Counted from the first letter of the stretch, positions 20,490 through 31,282 are shown. The stretch is DNA of 64,000 nucleotides from an uncultured cyanobacterium (GCA_963703315.1 OY969811.1:4096001-4160000); one strand, 5' to 3'. Notes: generated by a model from the letters alone, not told the origin. Numbers and translations are program-made.

Positions 20490-21482
20490 CTAAGTTGTTG
20501 CCCAAAACATATTGATCACGTACATATACAAAGGAATCCCGACAATGATATTGAAGGGAAATGTCACCGCTAGAGCTGTTGACACATAGAGGCTAGGATT
20601 TGCTTCTGGCACAGTTAGACGCATAGCAGCAGGGACGGCAATGTAGGAGGCACTGGCGCATAACACCGCAAATAACAGCGCATCTCCCTGCGACATCGAA
20701 ATTAATTTAGCGATCGCAATACCAACACCCGAATTTAAGATCGGCATCAAAATCGCAAAAGCAATTAAGAACAGACCAGTTTTTTGTAAATCCTTAATGC
20801 GTTTGGCGGCAACTAAGCCCATATCCATCAAGAAGAACGTCAACACGCCGTAGAACATATCTTGGGTAAAGGGCGATAAAACGTGCCAACCTCTCTCACC
20901 AGTTAAGCAACCAATAATCAAACTGCCAACCAGCAAAAATACAGAACTATTAAGAAATGCTTCTCGTAAAACTTCTGACCATACAAATTCGCTAGTCTCG
21001 CCTTTTTTCGCCTTTTCCTCGGCTGTAAATAAACTTACGAGGATCAGTCCCACAATGATTGCAGGAGATTCCATCAGAGCTAAAGCTGCCACCATGTAGC
21101 CATCAAAGGAAATACCTAATTGACCCAAAAATGAGCTAGCGGTAATAAAGGTAACCGCACTAATCGAGCCGTAGGTTGCGGCGATCGCGGCGGCATTATA
21201 GGAGTCAAGCTTGATCTTGAGAATAAAGAATGAATAGACAGGGACAACGCAAGCCATCAGGATCGCCGCCACCATTGTCAGAATTACTTCTTGGCTGATC
21301 CCACTTTTTACTAGCTCCACACCACCCTTAAAGCCAATCGCTAGTAGTAAATACAACGAAAACAATTTCGGAATCGGTGGTGGAATCTCTAGGTCTGATT
21401 TAATCAAAACCGCCATCATTCCTAGAAAAAAGAACAAAATCGGCGGATTGAGTATGTTAGAAACAATTAAGTCTAAATTCAT
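20490..21482 (-). CDS. sbtA: Sodium-dependent bicarbonate transporter family permease
   Basis: SDLEIP, YGSISAVTF, MESPAI, ASASYIAVPAA, TFPFNI. Confidence 0.9.
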   Translation of the reverse strand: MNLDLIVSNILNPPILFFFLGMMAVLIKSDLEIPPPIPKLFSLYLLLAIGFKGGVELVKSGISQEVILTMVAAILMACVVPVYSFFILKIKLDSYNAAAIAATYGSISAVTFITASSFLGQLGISFDGYMVAALALMESPAIIVGLILVSLFTAEEKAKKGETSEFVWSEVLREAFLNSSVFLLVGSLIIGCLTGERGWHVLSPFTQDMFYGVLTFFLMDMGLVAAKRIKDLQKTGLFLIAFAILMPILNSGVGIAIAKLISMSQGDALLFAVLCASASYIAVPAAMRLTVPEANPSLYVSTALAVTFPFNIIVGIPLYMYVINMFWATT

Positions 21483-21521
21483 CGGGACAAATCCACATTA
21501 AAGAATTTTTTAAAAACAAAC

Positions 21522-21625
21522 TAAGTATCTAGGCACAATTAAAAACCAGATCTAAAACCTGTGGCGCACGCTGCGCGTGCGCCACAGGTTTTAGGGTTTT
21601 ATATTTAATTGTGCCTAGATACTTA
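21522..21625. repeat. 104-bp palindromic MITE-like repeat, family A (copy 1)
   Basis: TAAGTATCTAGGCACAATTAAA..TTTAATTGTGCCTAGATACTTA ends with an internal GTGGCGCACGC hairpin. Near-identical copy at 28533-28636. Confidence 0.8.
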
Positions 21626-21829
21626 AACCAAACAAATTAATACATGATGACAGTCTACAGAATTGTATGGCGATCGCAATTGCAAATGGGTTGTAAGCAA
21701 CACACCGTTGCATTCACCTTTGCCTTCTTTTCTTATAACCAAAAGAGAGTTGCGCCGCTTCGCGGCGCAACTCTCTTTTTGGTTTTGTCCTAACATATAG
21801 CAAAGTATAGTTTTTGGGAGAATATCAAG

Positions 21830-22534
21830 ATGACAGCGATCGCCCCTCCCCCCATCAAACAACAGGCAGATTTAGCAGATACTCAATCCCAACAACTGAT
21901 CACCGATCAGTGGATTACTGCAACGTGGGACGAATTTATACAGGTTCTCGAAAATCCCCTATATGTAGAATCTCGATGCTATTACGACAAAAATCAAATT
22001 AAGCAAATGAGGATTGAAACTATGCCTGTTGGCTCTGAACACGCAGATGATAATACGCTGATCATTTTTGCAATTAGCTTATACTGCACCTTAAAAAATA
22101 TTCCTGCTAGAGGTTTAACTAATTGCAGTTATGTCAAAACAGGATTTCAAGGTTGTCAGCCAGATATCTCCTATTACATCGGTGAAATCGCCGCCCTCGC
22201 TCCTCGCAGCAGTTCCATTGTTAGCCTTGACGAATCGCCTGTACCGAATTTGGTAATTGAAATATCTAGCTCTACGATTAATGATGATTTAGGCAAGAAA
22301 CGTTTACTTTATGAACAATTGGGGACTAGTGAATATTGGGTAGTTGATGTCCAAGAGGTGAAAATTATTGCTTTAGAAATGCTAGAAAATGGCGGCAGTC
22401 GGCAGATCACTGCATCTAAATTATTAGGTGGCTTAGCGATCGCTGATCTCGAAGAAGCGCTAAAAATCAGTCGTGAAAAATCGCAATCGGAAGTTGGGGC
22501 ATGGCTCCTACAAAAATATAGCCATAATTCCTAA
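21830..22534 (+). CDS. Uma2 family endonuclease-like protein (DUF820)
   Basis: QPDISYY, PNLVIEISSST, KRLLYEQLGTSEYWVVD. Confidence 0.9.
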   Translation: MTAIAPPPIKQQADLADTQSQQLITDQWITATWDEFIQVLENPLYVESRCYYDKNQIKQMRIETMPVGSEHADDNTLIIFAISLYCTLKNIPARGLTNCSYVKTGFQGCQPDISYYIGEIAALAPRSSSIVSLDESPVPNLVIEISSSTINDDLGKKRLLYEQLGTSEYWVVDVQEVKIIALEMLENGGSRQITASKLLGGLAIADLEEALKISREKSQSEVGAWLLQKYSHNS

Positions 22535-22708
22535 AAGTCCGTCTCGAAGAGACAGACTTTTAGGATATTCAAAAGTTTAGCTAGGTATTTTAAAATCAAA
22601 CGCTATACTATGTTTAGACATTAAGCTGCACAATATTTACTGATTAGTTGCCTCGCCAATTCCTCAGCAGATATATCCCGAAATCCATAACCATTCATAG
22701 TTGGAAAA

Positions 22709-23326
22709 ATGAGCGAACCAACTCCCTACGAAAAACTAGGAGTCAACGACGAAGCCTCCTTTGAAGAAGTGCGTGATGCACGCGATCGCCTATTGCGCGA
22801 ATATGAGGGGGATGAGTCTCAACAAGAAGTGATTGAGTTGGCTTACGATGCCATCCTCATGGATCGTTTACGCGCCCGCAAAGAAGGCAAGATCGCTGTC
22901 CCTGATCGCATTCGTTATCCCGAACGCTTATCCACAGCTATTCCTGCGACTCTCCAAAATAATCCACAGCGTCGCGCCCCATCTTGGTTGTCGAAACTAT
23001 TAGATACACCCAGCCAAAAAGATATTTATATTTCCCTAGGAATTTTTGCAGGGCTTGGGGCAGTTAGTTTCTTTATTCCTGCGGCTACTACTTGGTTGTC
23101 CTTTGGCTTGATTGCCAGTGTTTATTTGCTGACCCGCAAAGAAAACCGTTTTGGAAGAGCTTTGCTGATCTCCCTATCAGGAATTACGATTGGTGTCTTG
23201 TTAGCAACTTTGACTAATCAAGTGTTAGTGCTGTCGCGTTTAGTTGGTGATGGATTTTTTCCTAGCTCGATCCAGATGGTGATTATTTTATTAGTGATGT
23301 GGCTTCATGCTTGTTTCTTACGTTAG
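22709..23326 (+). CDS. CPP1-like (J-like, DUF3353) membrane protein
   Basis: PYEKLGV...ASFEEV, IELAYDAILMDRLRARKEGKI, C-terminal TM segments. Confidence 0.85.
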   Translation: MSEPTPYEKLGVNDEASFEEVRDARDRLLREYEGDESQQEVIELAYDAILMDRLRARKEGKIAVPDRIRYPERLSTAIPATLQNNPQRRAPSWLSKLLDTPSQKDIYISLGIFAGLGAVSFFIPAATTWLSFGLIASVYLLTRKENRFGRALLISLSGITIGVLLATLTNQVLVLSRLVGDGFFPSSIQMVIILLVMWLHACFLR

Positions 23327-23361
23327 GAATTACTTAAAAACTAGGCGAGCAGGAGCAAAAA

Positions 23362-23634
23362 GTGACCTCTATCTCCATCAATCAATTTACGAGTAATTTA
23401 CAGGGCTTTGTAAAACAAGTAATTCAACAACATATTGCCCTCAAAATCACGAACCAAGATGGTGCAGATTTTGTTCTGGTTAGTGCTGAAGATTGGGAGC
23501 AACAACAAGAAACTTTGTTTGTTTTGCAAAATAGCAACCTTATGGAGCAAATATCTCGTTCTATGGTCACTCATGCCCAAAATCAAGGTTATTGTCCCAG
23601 TAAAGAAGAACTAAATGAGATACTTAGTCTTTGA
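23362..23634 (+). CDS. Phd/YefM family antitoxin
   Basis: FVLVSAEDWEQQQETLFVL. Overlaps the downstream toxin. Confidence 0.85.
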   Translation: MTSISINQFTSNLQGFVKQVIQQHIALKITNQDGADFVLVSAEDWEQQQETLFVLQNSNLMEQISRSMVTHAQNQGYCPSKEELNEILSL

Positions 23635-23881
23635 GGGTGATACGTGGGAGGCTTATGAGGAACTGAGGCAAAAGGATAAAAATCTGCATAAAAGCCTTTG
23701 CAAACTCATCAAGGAAATTTTGAGGGAAGATCCCACTAAGGGGACTGGTAAGCCTGAGCCATTGAAACATAATTTATCTGGTTTGTGGTCAAGAAGGATT
23801 TCTCAAAAAGATCGTCTTATTTACAAATTTGATGACAAATACGTTTATATTTTCGCTATCGCTGGTCACTACGATCAATAA
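23615..23881 (+). CDS. yoeB: Txe/YoeB family toxin
   Basis: GTGKPEPLKHNLSGLWSRRISQKDRLIY, C-terminal GHY. Confidence 0.92.
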   Translation: MRYLVFEGDTWEAYEELRQKDKNLHKSLCKLIKEILREDPTKGTGKPEPLKHNLSGLWSRRISQKDRLIYKFDDKYVYIFAIAGHYDQ

Positions 23882-24000
23882 CAAATCATAACCAAAACCC
23901 AAAAGATAGTTGCGGCGCTTTGCGCCGCAACTATCTTTTGGGTTTTGGCTTAACATAAATGGCTATAGCTATATTGATATTGTAGAAAAACAGATCAAAC

Positions 24001-25716
24001 ATGACTTTAAGTAATGCAACTTTGGGTATCGCCCAGCTTAATCCAATTATTGGCGATTTGGTCGGTAACTGCGATCGCATAGTCGCTGCGGTACAGAAAT
24101 TGGCGGCTCAAGGTGTGCAGCTTGTGGTCACACCAGAATTATCAATTTGTGGCTATCCACCTCGCGATTTGTTGATGAATCAGCAATTTGTGCGCGATAT
24201 GGAAACCGCGATCGCCGATCTAGCACGTAAACTACCGTCCGATGTGGCGGTACTAGTGGGGACAGTTTCGGTAAATCCCAAGGCGAACCAAGAGGGGGGT
24301 AAACCTTTATTTAATAGCGCGGCTTTGCTGCAAGGGGGTAAGGTTCGGCAAATTTTTCATAAGCGGTTATTGCCAACCTATGACGTATTTGATGAAGATC
24401 GTTATTTTGCGGTGGGGAGTGGTAGCCAAGTTTTTACATTAAATCTGAAAGATTGTGCATCGCTGCGAGTGGGAGTGACCATTTGCGAAGATATTTGGAA
24501 TGATCAGAAATTTTGGAATAAGCGCAACTATGTTGATGATCCTGTTGCCGAGCTTGCTCAAAATCATGAACTAGATTTGTTGATTAATTTGTTGGCTTCT
24601 CCCTACGCGGTGGGGAAACAGAACTTACGGGAAGCGATGCTCAGCCATAGCGCGATCTCCCACAACTTGCCTGTGATTTATGCTAATCAGGTGGGTGCAA
24701 ATGACGATTTGATCTTTGATGGGCGCAGTATGGCATTTAATCGTCAAGGCGAAGTTATTGCTCTGGGCAAAGGGTTTGAGGAAGATTTATTAGTAATTGA
24801 TTTTGATAATGCGGGGTATAGCCCGACTTTATCCATGTATGAAAGTGATGATGCCGAGATTTTTGATGCTCTCGTTCTCGGTGTACGCGACTATGTGCAG
24901 AAATGTCGCTTTCGCCAAGTGGTGATTGGTTTGAGTGGCGGGATTGACTCCGCACTTGTCGCCGCGATCGCTGCCGAAGCGATCGGTAAAGAGAATGTAT
25001 TGGGTGTGCTGATGCCTTCACCCTATAGTTCCGCACATTCGATTACCGATGCGATCGCCTTAGCTGATAACTTAGGGATTTCTACCCAGACTATTCCCAT
25101 ACAACCGATGATGTCAGCCTTTGATGCGAGTCTGGCGAATCTATTTGCAGATCGCAATAGCGATGTCACGGAAGAGAACTTGCAATCACGGATTCGCGGT
25201 AGTTTGCTGATGGCAATCTCCAATAAGTTTGGACATTTACTGCTTTCTACGGGCAACAAATCCGAAGTTTCCGTTGGTTACTGCACTCTTTATGGTGATA
25301 TGAATGGCGGACTGGCGGCGATCGCGGATGTCCCCAAAACAAGAGTATTTTCAATTTGTGAATGGCTAAATCGCACTAATTCGCTTCTATCGATTAAGCA
25401 AGGAGTTTCGGAAGTCATTCCTGTGAATATTATTACGAAGCCACCCAGTGCGGAATTAAAGCCCGATCAGCTTGATCAAGATTCGCTTCCTCCCTACGAT
25501 ATCCTTGACGATATTTTGGAGAAACTAATCCATCAACATCTCTCGGCTCAGGAAATTATTGCCACAGGACATGAACAGGCGATCGTCGATCGCGTAGTTC
25601 GTCTGGTCAAAATTGCGGAATTTAAACGCCGTCAAGCTGCCCCTGGACTAAAAATTAGCGATCGCGCCTTTGGTTCTGGTTGGAGAATGCCGATCGCTAG
25701 TAAAGTTACTTCATAA
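24001..25716 (+). CDS. nadE: Glutamine-dependent NAD+ synthetase
   Basis: Nitrilase domain (PELS, KRLLPTY, ICED) plus GLSGGIDS, TGNKSE, PPSAEL. Confidence 0.95.
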   Translation: MTLSNATLGIAQLNPIIGDLVGNCDRIVAAVQKLAAQGVQLVVTPELSICGYPPRDLLMNQQFVRDMETAIADLARKLPSDVAVLVGTVSVNPKANQEGGKPLFNSAALLQGGKVRQIFHKRLLPTYDVFDEDRYFAVGSGSQVFTLNLKDCASLRVGVTICEDIWNDQKFWNKRNYVDDPVAELAQNHELDLLINLLASPYAVGKQNLREAMLSHSAISHNLPVIYANQVGANDDLIFDGRSMAFNRQGEVIALGKGFEEDLLVIDFDNAGYSPTLSMYESDDAEIFDALVLGVRDYVQKCRFRQVVIGLSGGIDSALVAAIAAEAIGKENVLGVLMPSPYSSAHSITDAIALADNLGISTQTIPIQPMMSAFDASLANLFADRNSDVTEENLQSRIRGSLLMAISNKFGHLLLSTGNKSEVSVGYCTLYGDMNGGLAAIADVPKTRVFSICEWLNRTNSLLSIKQGVSEVIPVNIITKPPSAELKPDQLDQDSLPPYDILDDILEKLIHQHLSAQEIIATGHEQAIVDRVVRLVKIAEFKRRQAAPGLKISDRAFGSGWRMPIASKVTS

Positions 25717-25749
25717 TTGGAAAGCTGCCTACGGCAGCTTTCCAATTCG

Positions 25750-27132
25750 TTATTTCCAGATGTTGTTCCAGAAAGGAGTTTCTACTGGATCAGGCAGACT
25801 TGAGATATTCATTTTGCGGCGAATATCAGCGATGTTCCAGCCTGTTAAACTTGCCAGAGTTTGGGCTTCTTTTTCAAAGCGAGGTCGTAGCGATCGCTGA
25901 TATTCTTTAGCGGCATCACAGGTTGCCTCACCTTTAAAGGGATGCTGCAAAATATAGCGTCCTTGGAATAATTCCTGATTGGAAGTTTCCTTAAATGTCA
26001 GATCTTCAGGGAATTTATCGCGGTTATAGCGAATGTGTAAACGGGTAATGAATACGCGATTATTGCTAGGAGGTCTAGGTAAAATCCGCCGAGATGAGGG
26101 CTGACTAGGATTAGAAGCGCCAATCCAAAATACTCCTGCTTTACGAAGTTCTTCCTGCGAGAGTGGTTCCGCAGAGCAAGGATCACAGTTTGACATATCC
26201 CACGCATATTCTAAGAAGGCAACTTTGCGCCCTTCTTTATTATAAGAATTTTGGAACATGGACTTATAGAAATCACCAAATTCATTCTTCACATAAATAG
26301 GAATATTGGCATTGGATGGAACTTTAAGCGTGCGATAGTTAGCAACTTCGGCTTGTCCCTTGGGGGAAAGGATATACACTAGCAAATCCTGATCACCATT
26401 GGCATTCAGCATTCCTAAACGAATTGGCAACATGAACTTCGGTGATTCATAAGCCATCATCAAAGGTCGGAGAACTTGCGAACCCGTTTTATTTAATGCG
26501 GCAATATTGACCTTTGCCACAAAGAACTTCATGTTTTGGCGAATATAGGGCTGGAGTAAATCCTTAGCTCCTTGGGGAATTTTGTAGTCATTGTCAATCA
26601 GCCAAGCTTCCAAACCATCTGACTCTTTAGCACTGAGAATGAGAATGTCATATTCGCCAACGGAAAATTTCGCTTCAATTGTGACTTGATAGTTATCACG
26701 CCGTGCTTTGGATTCCATGACAGGAGCTGCCGATCTGGTTGCTCCCCCAAGAGTTACCCGATCATAAGCTTCGTATCTAGCACAGGGATCGGAGTCAAAG
26801 TATTCGACCAAACGAGGAGCGCTAAAGGAATCAAGGCGATCAATGATTTTCTGCTCACCGATCCGAACTTGCTTTTCTTTCAGCAATACTGGCACTGGCA
26901 CAACTAGAGCGAAGTCTTTAACATCACCTTGATAGTCATTTGCCATCGTTAAGACAGTGCGCTTGCCATCACGGGCGATCACCACTTGCGAAGCTTTGTT
27001 AAAAAGACTGGCATCGGCTTGCGACACATAAAATCCACAGAAAGCAAAAACGGCAGGCGAATAGGCAAAGACAACTAAACAAGCAAGGGCGGTACTCACA
27101 AGTACACGCATCCAACTCAGAAATTTTTTCAT
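25750..27132 (-). CDS. DUF2330 domain protein (exported)
   Basis: Signal peptide then FCGFYV, SAPRLVEYFD.DPC, CDPC. Confidence 0.8.
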   Translation of the reverse strand: MKKFLSWMRVLVSTALACLVVFAYSPAVFAFCGFYVSQADASLFNKASQVVIARDGKRTVLTMANDYQGDVKDFALVVPVPVLLKEKQVRIGEQKIIDRLDSFSAPRLVEYFDSDPCARYEAYDRVTLGGATRSAAPVMESKARRDNYQVTIEAKFSVGEYDILILSAKESDGLEAWLIDNDYKIPQGAKDLLQPYIRQNMKFFVAKVNIAALNKTGSQVLRPLMMAYESPKFMLPIRLGMLNANGDQDLLVYILSPKGQAEVANYRTLKVPSNANIPIYVKNEFGDFYKSMFQNSYNKEGRKVAFLEYAWDMSNCDPCSAEPLSQEELRKAGVFWIGASNPSQPSSRRILPRPPSNNRVFITRLHIRYNRDKFPEDLTFKETSNQELFQGRYILQHPFKGEATCDAAKEYQRSLRPRFEKEAQTLASLTGWNIADIRRKMNISSLPDPVETPFWNNIWK

Positions 27133-27195
27133 ATATCTATCCTTGAAAATCAGTGATATGAGTGAGAGTGCGAAGCGCTCTCATTCATATTGGTT

Positions 27196-28107
27196 TTAGT
27201 TAGAAAGCAAAGCACTGTAGCGTTTCGGTAACCATTGGAAGCGTGGCGCATTCCAGATGCGATCGCATAAAACTGTGAGCGGTGAAATCAGAAATAACGC
27301 ATAAAACATCGCATCAGCATTAAAGAAAACATTACGGAAGATAAAAGCTAAAACCGCGATCGCCACTGCCCAGATTAATCGCGCCACTTTAGCATTCGGA
27401 ATGGAACGCGGATCGGTAATCATAAATAGCGCAAACAGCAACAGAGAGCCACTCGTAAGGCGATGGGCTAAGACATCCCAAGTCCAACCCAGCCAAAGAT
27501 TTCGTAGTCCTTCTAAAATTGCATAGGAGGCTAAAAACATTAAGCTCGTATCCCAACGCCCGACTTTTTTGAGAACGATGCCGCCTAAACCGAGAAAGAC
27601 TAGAGCGTATAAACTATCTTCGCCCCATTGTCCGTTAGATACCCATGCATGATTATCCCAAACAAAAGTATCGAGCAACAAAACGACAACGATTCCGAAG
27701 TTAGCAGGATTGAACCAATGTTTGCCGTTAGTACGGAAGATAAATTTGCTCGCGATCGCTAAAAATGAAGCACAGGCGATCGCGCTATAACTATCGGAGC
27801 GTAGTAATAAACTTAAACCCAATGCAGTAATCGTCGCACTTTTGAGCGATAACCAGCGTTCCTGCTTTTGCGGTGTTGCGGGTGGGAATATACCGATCAT
27901 GCATATTTGGGTTAACCAACAAGTCACAAAGGTAATGGCGATCGCGATCGGCTTCAGTGACCAGTCACGGGTGCTTACACCTAGCAGCAAAAAGACCGAC
28001 AGAAACAGAATCTGATAATCACGGGCATCTTTGAAAGGGGTGATGCTGAAAGTGAAAAAAGTGGAAAGCGATCGCGGTATCGCAAAAGGCAACTTCAATG
28101 ACTGCAT
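27196..28107 (-). CDS. RnfD/NqrB-like integral membrane protein
   Basis: SKFIFRTNGKHWFNPANFG and FMITDPRS motifs. Confidence 0.8.
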   Translation of the reverse strand: MQSLKLPFAIPRSLSTFFTFSITPFKDARDYQILFLSVFLLLGVSTRDWSLKPIAIAITFVTCWLTQICMIGIFPPATPQKQERWLSLKSATITALGLSLLLRSDSYSAIACASFLAIASKFIFRTNGKHWFNPANFGIVVVLLLDTFVWDNHAWVSNGQWGEDSLYALVFLGLGGIVLKKVGRWDTSLMFLASYAILEGLRNLWLGWTWDVLAHRLTSGSLLLFALFMITDPRSIPNAKVARLIWAVAIAVLAFIFRNVFFNADAMFYALFLISPLTVLCDRIWNAPRFQWLPKRYSALLSN

Positions 28108-28248
28108 AGCTTTCTGATTAACCGTAAAGTTTGCATCAGTATAACTGCCAAAATTTTAAGAATGCCATCTGTTGCACTTTTTGTAACGATCACTAATCCC
28201 AAAAAAGTAGAACGGGTCGCAAAGTGACCCGTTCTACTTTTTAAAAAT

Positions 28249-28458
28249 TTACTTTTCGTGATTATCACGAATCGTTTTTGATAGTGTAAACGTTGATGAG
28301 ATAGAAAAAACATAACCCATACCAACAAAGGCTTTTTGCCAAGAGTTACCCTCCAGATAGAAGATTCCAATCCCAGTTCCTACCGTAGAGATAATAAAGG
28401 CTGCCCAGACTTGCATAATCCAAGCTGGGGTATCCTTACCGAGTCCCGTTTGGCGCAT
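28249..28458 (-). CDS. YiaA/YiaB family inner membrane protein
   Basis: Two TM segments ending STFTLSKTIRDNHE. Confidence 0.8.
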   Translation of the reverse strand: MRQTGLGKDTPAWIMQVWAAFIISTVGTGIGIFYLEGNSWQKAFVGMGYVFSISSTFTLSKTIRDNHEK

Positions 28459-28532
28459 ATTTTTTCATCTCCAATAATTTTACAGTTGTGATTATAGACT
28501 GGTTAACCCGTAAATCATTCACCAATATGTAC

Positions 28533-28636
28533 TAAGTAGCTGGGCATAATTAAAAACCAGAGCCAAAACCTGTGGCGCACGCTGCGCGTGCGCCACAGGT
28601 TTTGGGGTTTTATATTTAATTGCACTTAGCTACTTA
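28533..28636. repeat. 104-bp palindromic MITE-like repeat, family A (copy 2)
   Basis: Same length and core as 21522-21625. Confidence 0.8.
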
Positions 28637-28708
28637 TAAATAGTGTTTCATAGTCTAGTACAAAGGATGGATTGTTTCCCCGCCTTCGGCGGGGAAACAA
28701 TCATAATT

Positions 28709-29380
28709 TTATGGAATATATTCTTTAGTTGGTTCTATCCCTAACTCTTGTCGCCACTCTAGCAAGGGTCTCCCCCAATTCTCTTCCCATTTCTTGGCAA
28801 AAAAGGGTTTAGCTTTCGCACCTAGTCGATAACCGATCGCAATCTGATCTAACAATTTATCCAATTGTTCAGGATGCTTAAATAAGGTACTGAGTAATCC
28901 ACCTGCAATCAGAACTGCGGACATGGTGCGATGCGTCTGGGCTAGCTCAAAAGCCTTTAATCCTAACTCACCGAAAACATCAGTACTAAATCCAGCGACA
29001 ATGTGCCAGATATCGTGAGTTTGACGCATCCGCAAGAGAAAATAGCTGACATCATCTTCGACCTTAACGAGACGATAGAAGTTGGGATCGAAACCAGAAT
29101 CTTTGATATAGGTTGCATAGGTATGCCCAAGGGATTCTGTCGGTAGCTTTAGTAAAGCTTCTAGATCAACGGGTGGCGATACATAACGCTCTCGAAAGAG
29201 TTCTGCTACTTCAGGTTTAGCCTTGACATACTCCACCGCTAACTCCGTTGCTTTGGTATGGCGCAGACCATCTTCCACATCATACACAGATTCCGTTTGA
29301 GCGGGATCTCGCAATAAAGTGACGACCCCTTTCAGTGTCGAGAGATAATCAAGATTTTGTCGCAAATTTCCTAATGCCAT
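28709..29380 (-). CDS. Coq4 family protein
   Basis: LPTESLG, RMRQTHDIWHIVAGF...GE (HDxxH motif). Confidence 0.85.
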   Translation of the reverse strand: MALGNLRQNLDYLSTLKGVVTLLRDPAQTESVYDVEDGLRHTKATELAVEYVKAKPEVAELFRERYVSPPVDLEALLKLPTESLGHTYATYIKDSGFDPNFYRLVKVEDDVSYFLLRMRQTHDIWHIVAGFSTDVFGELGLKAFELAQTHRTMSAVLIAGGLLSTLFKHPEQLDKLLDQIAIGYRLGAKAKPFFAKKWEENWGRPLLEWRQELGIEPTKEYIP

Positions 29381-29563
29381 AGTTCCTCGGTTAATAAAGG
29401 TCTGGGGAATGGATCAAATTAGGGACGCGCAGTAAAACAAAGAGCCGATTTTTTGTGGCGCGGCGAAGCTGCGCCACAAAAAATTTGGTTCTTTATTAAA
29501 TCGCAGAACCCTTAGATAATATCATATTAATTTTAGAAAAAGCATCGCTAAGCGATGCTTTTT

Positions 29564-31240
29564 CTAAAGCGTTAAAGCCACCCGAAACCCATAATAAAGT
29601 TTCCAATCTCCCTGCTTACCTCTGCCACGCGCCGCCGAACGACAATACCAAGGATATCCATACCATGACCCACCCCTCAATACTCGATAAATAGAACTTC
29701 TTCCTCTTTCCCATGCACTGCCATCCGTTGGAGCGCCAAGATAGTCATCGTGCCAAAGATCTTGACACCATTCCCAAACATTGCCATGCATATCATAGAG
29801 ACCAAAGGCATTAGGTGGAAAAGTTCCTACAGGAGTAGTGGTTTGCCGATATTCGCCTCTAGTGCCAGCACGATAGACATATCTGCCATCATAATTTGCG
29901 AGGTCAGTATTAATAGCATCACCAAAATGGAAAGAAGTATTCGTTCCCGCACGACAGGCATATTCCCATTCGGCTTCACTGGGTAATCGGTAATTGCGCC
30001 CTGTTTTCTGTGATAGCAATATACAGAACTCAACTACGGCATTCCAAGAGACGCATTCTACAGGATGATCGTCGCCCACCATATAGGAAGGGCTAGCATT
30101 CATAATCGATCGAAACTGCGCTTGTGTAATCAGGAAAGTCCCCATAAAGAAAGGTGAAATCTTGACTCGATGTTGAGGGCTTTCGGTGTTTTCGTGGGAT
30201 TCCTCATAGTCAGGAGAACCCATGATAAACTCTCCTTCAGGAATGGATGTCATTTCTAGAATAATGCCATCTCCGAGGTCTTCGTGAATCGATTTTGGAG
30301 TAGAGACAATAGTGGAGGGCGGGGATTCAGTTATAGAAGTACTTATGGCGATCGCATTTTGTGGATTAAGATCTTTAATCACTTCATCAGCCGACTGATA
30401 TCTTTTACTAGGTGCGATCGCAATTAATTTATCAAGAATTTTACCAAGATCGTTGCTGACAGTATTGCCAGTGAGATAATCGCGCCAAACCCAATTGTGA
30501 TCAATATCAATCAGATCAAAGGGAGAAGTTTGAGTTAAGAGATGGATGCAAGTAACTCCCAAACTATATAAATCACTATTAAAGAGAGCTTTGCCCCTAG
30601 CCTGCTCTGGGGCGATAAATTCAGGACTGCCAATGCTAGTTCCCGTTTGTCGAATATCCGCATTCATTGCATATTTTGCTGCACCAAAGTCAACTAAAAC
30701 AAAGTCTTCCGTACTTCTTCCTAGACGACGAATAATATTGTCGGGCTTGATATCACGATGGATGACATTCTGCCCATGCATAAATTGCAGAACTGGTAAG
30801 AGACTACTGAGCAAATGTCTGATTTTGCTCTGGTTAAAAGCGCCCTGTATTTTGAGTTCTTCGGCGAGATTTTGACCAGATATAAATTCTTGAACAAGAT
30901 ATTGTTGATTCTCTTGTTGGTAATGGGCAAGTAATTCGGGGATTTGGGGATGATGTCCCAATTCATCAAGGCGAATAACTTCTTGTTGAAAAAGTTCAGC
31001 AGCTTTTTGATGGTGATTACTACCCTGTCCTTGCGGTGAGAATTGCTTAATTACACAAAATGGCTTCGATGGTTTTAGCTGATCGATCGCTAAAAATGTC
31101 CGTCCGAAACCACCACTTCCGAGTAATTTGGCAGATTGATAGCGATCGCCCAATAACATTTTTGTCCCGCAGGTTTGACAAACCTCGGCACTATCTAGGT
31201 TTTCTGGCTTTTGGCAATTAGGATTAAGGCAATAACTCAT
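29564..31240 (-). CDS. Ser/Thr kinase with C-terminal FGE-sulfatase (CLec/SUMF1) domain
   Basis: YCLNPNC, GSGGFG, HRDIKPDN, DFG, RLPSEAEWEYACRAG, GLYDMHGNVWEW, GFRV. Confidence 0.92.
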   Translation of the reverse strand: MSYCLNPNCQKPENLDSAEVCQTCGTKMLLGDRYQSAKLLGSGGFGRTFLAIDQLKPSKPFCVIKQFSPQGQGSNHHQKAAELFQQEVIRLDELGHHPQIPELLAHYQQENQQYLVQEFISGQNLAEELKIQGAFNQSKIRHLLSSLLPVLQFMHGQNVIHRDIKPDNIIRRLGRSTEDFVLVDFGAAKYAMNADIRQTGTSIGSPEFIAPEQARGKALFNSDLYSLGVTCIHLLTQTSPFDLIDIDHNWVWRDYLTGNTVSNDLGKILDKLIAIAPSKRYQSADEVIKDLNPQNAIAISTSITESPPSTIVSTPKSIHEDLGDGIILEMTSIPEGEFIMGSPDYEESHENTESPQHRVKISPFFMGTFLITQAQFRSIMNASPSYMVGDDHPVECVSWNAVVEFCILLSQKTGRNYRLPSEAEWEYACRAGTNTSFHFGDAINTDLANYDGRYVYRAGTRGEYRQTTTPVGTFPPNAFGLYDMHGNVWEWCQDLWHDDYLGAPTDGSAWERGRSSIYRVLRGGSWYGYPWYCRSAARGRGKQGDWKLYYGFRVALTL

Positions 31241-31282
31241 GGGGTTAAAGATCGGGTTTATAGAAGATTCTCAATGCGATCG

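Noticed and set aside
23950..24000. NrtR operator upstream of nadE
   Set aside because: The best match, GT-agaaaa-AC, has N6 spacing and lacks the AGTGT/ACACT arms.
29564..29700. FGE-sulfatase C-terminus as a diversity-generating retroelement target
   Set aside because: No reverse transcriptase or template repeat is in the window, and several variable-position codons (GGA, AAG, AAA, GCG) do not fit AAY-derived mutagenesis. A remote DGR cannot be excluded without a genome search.
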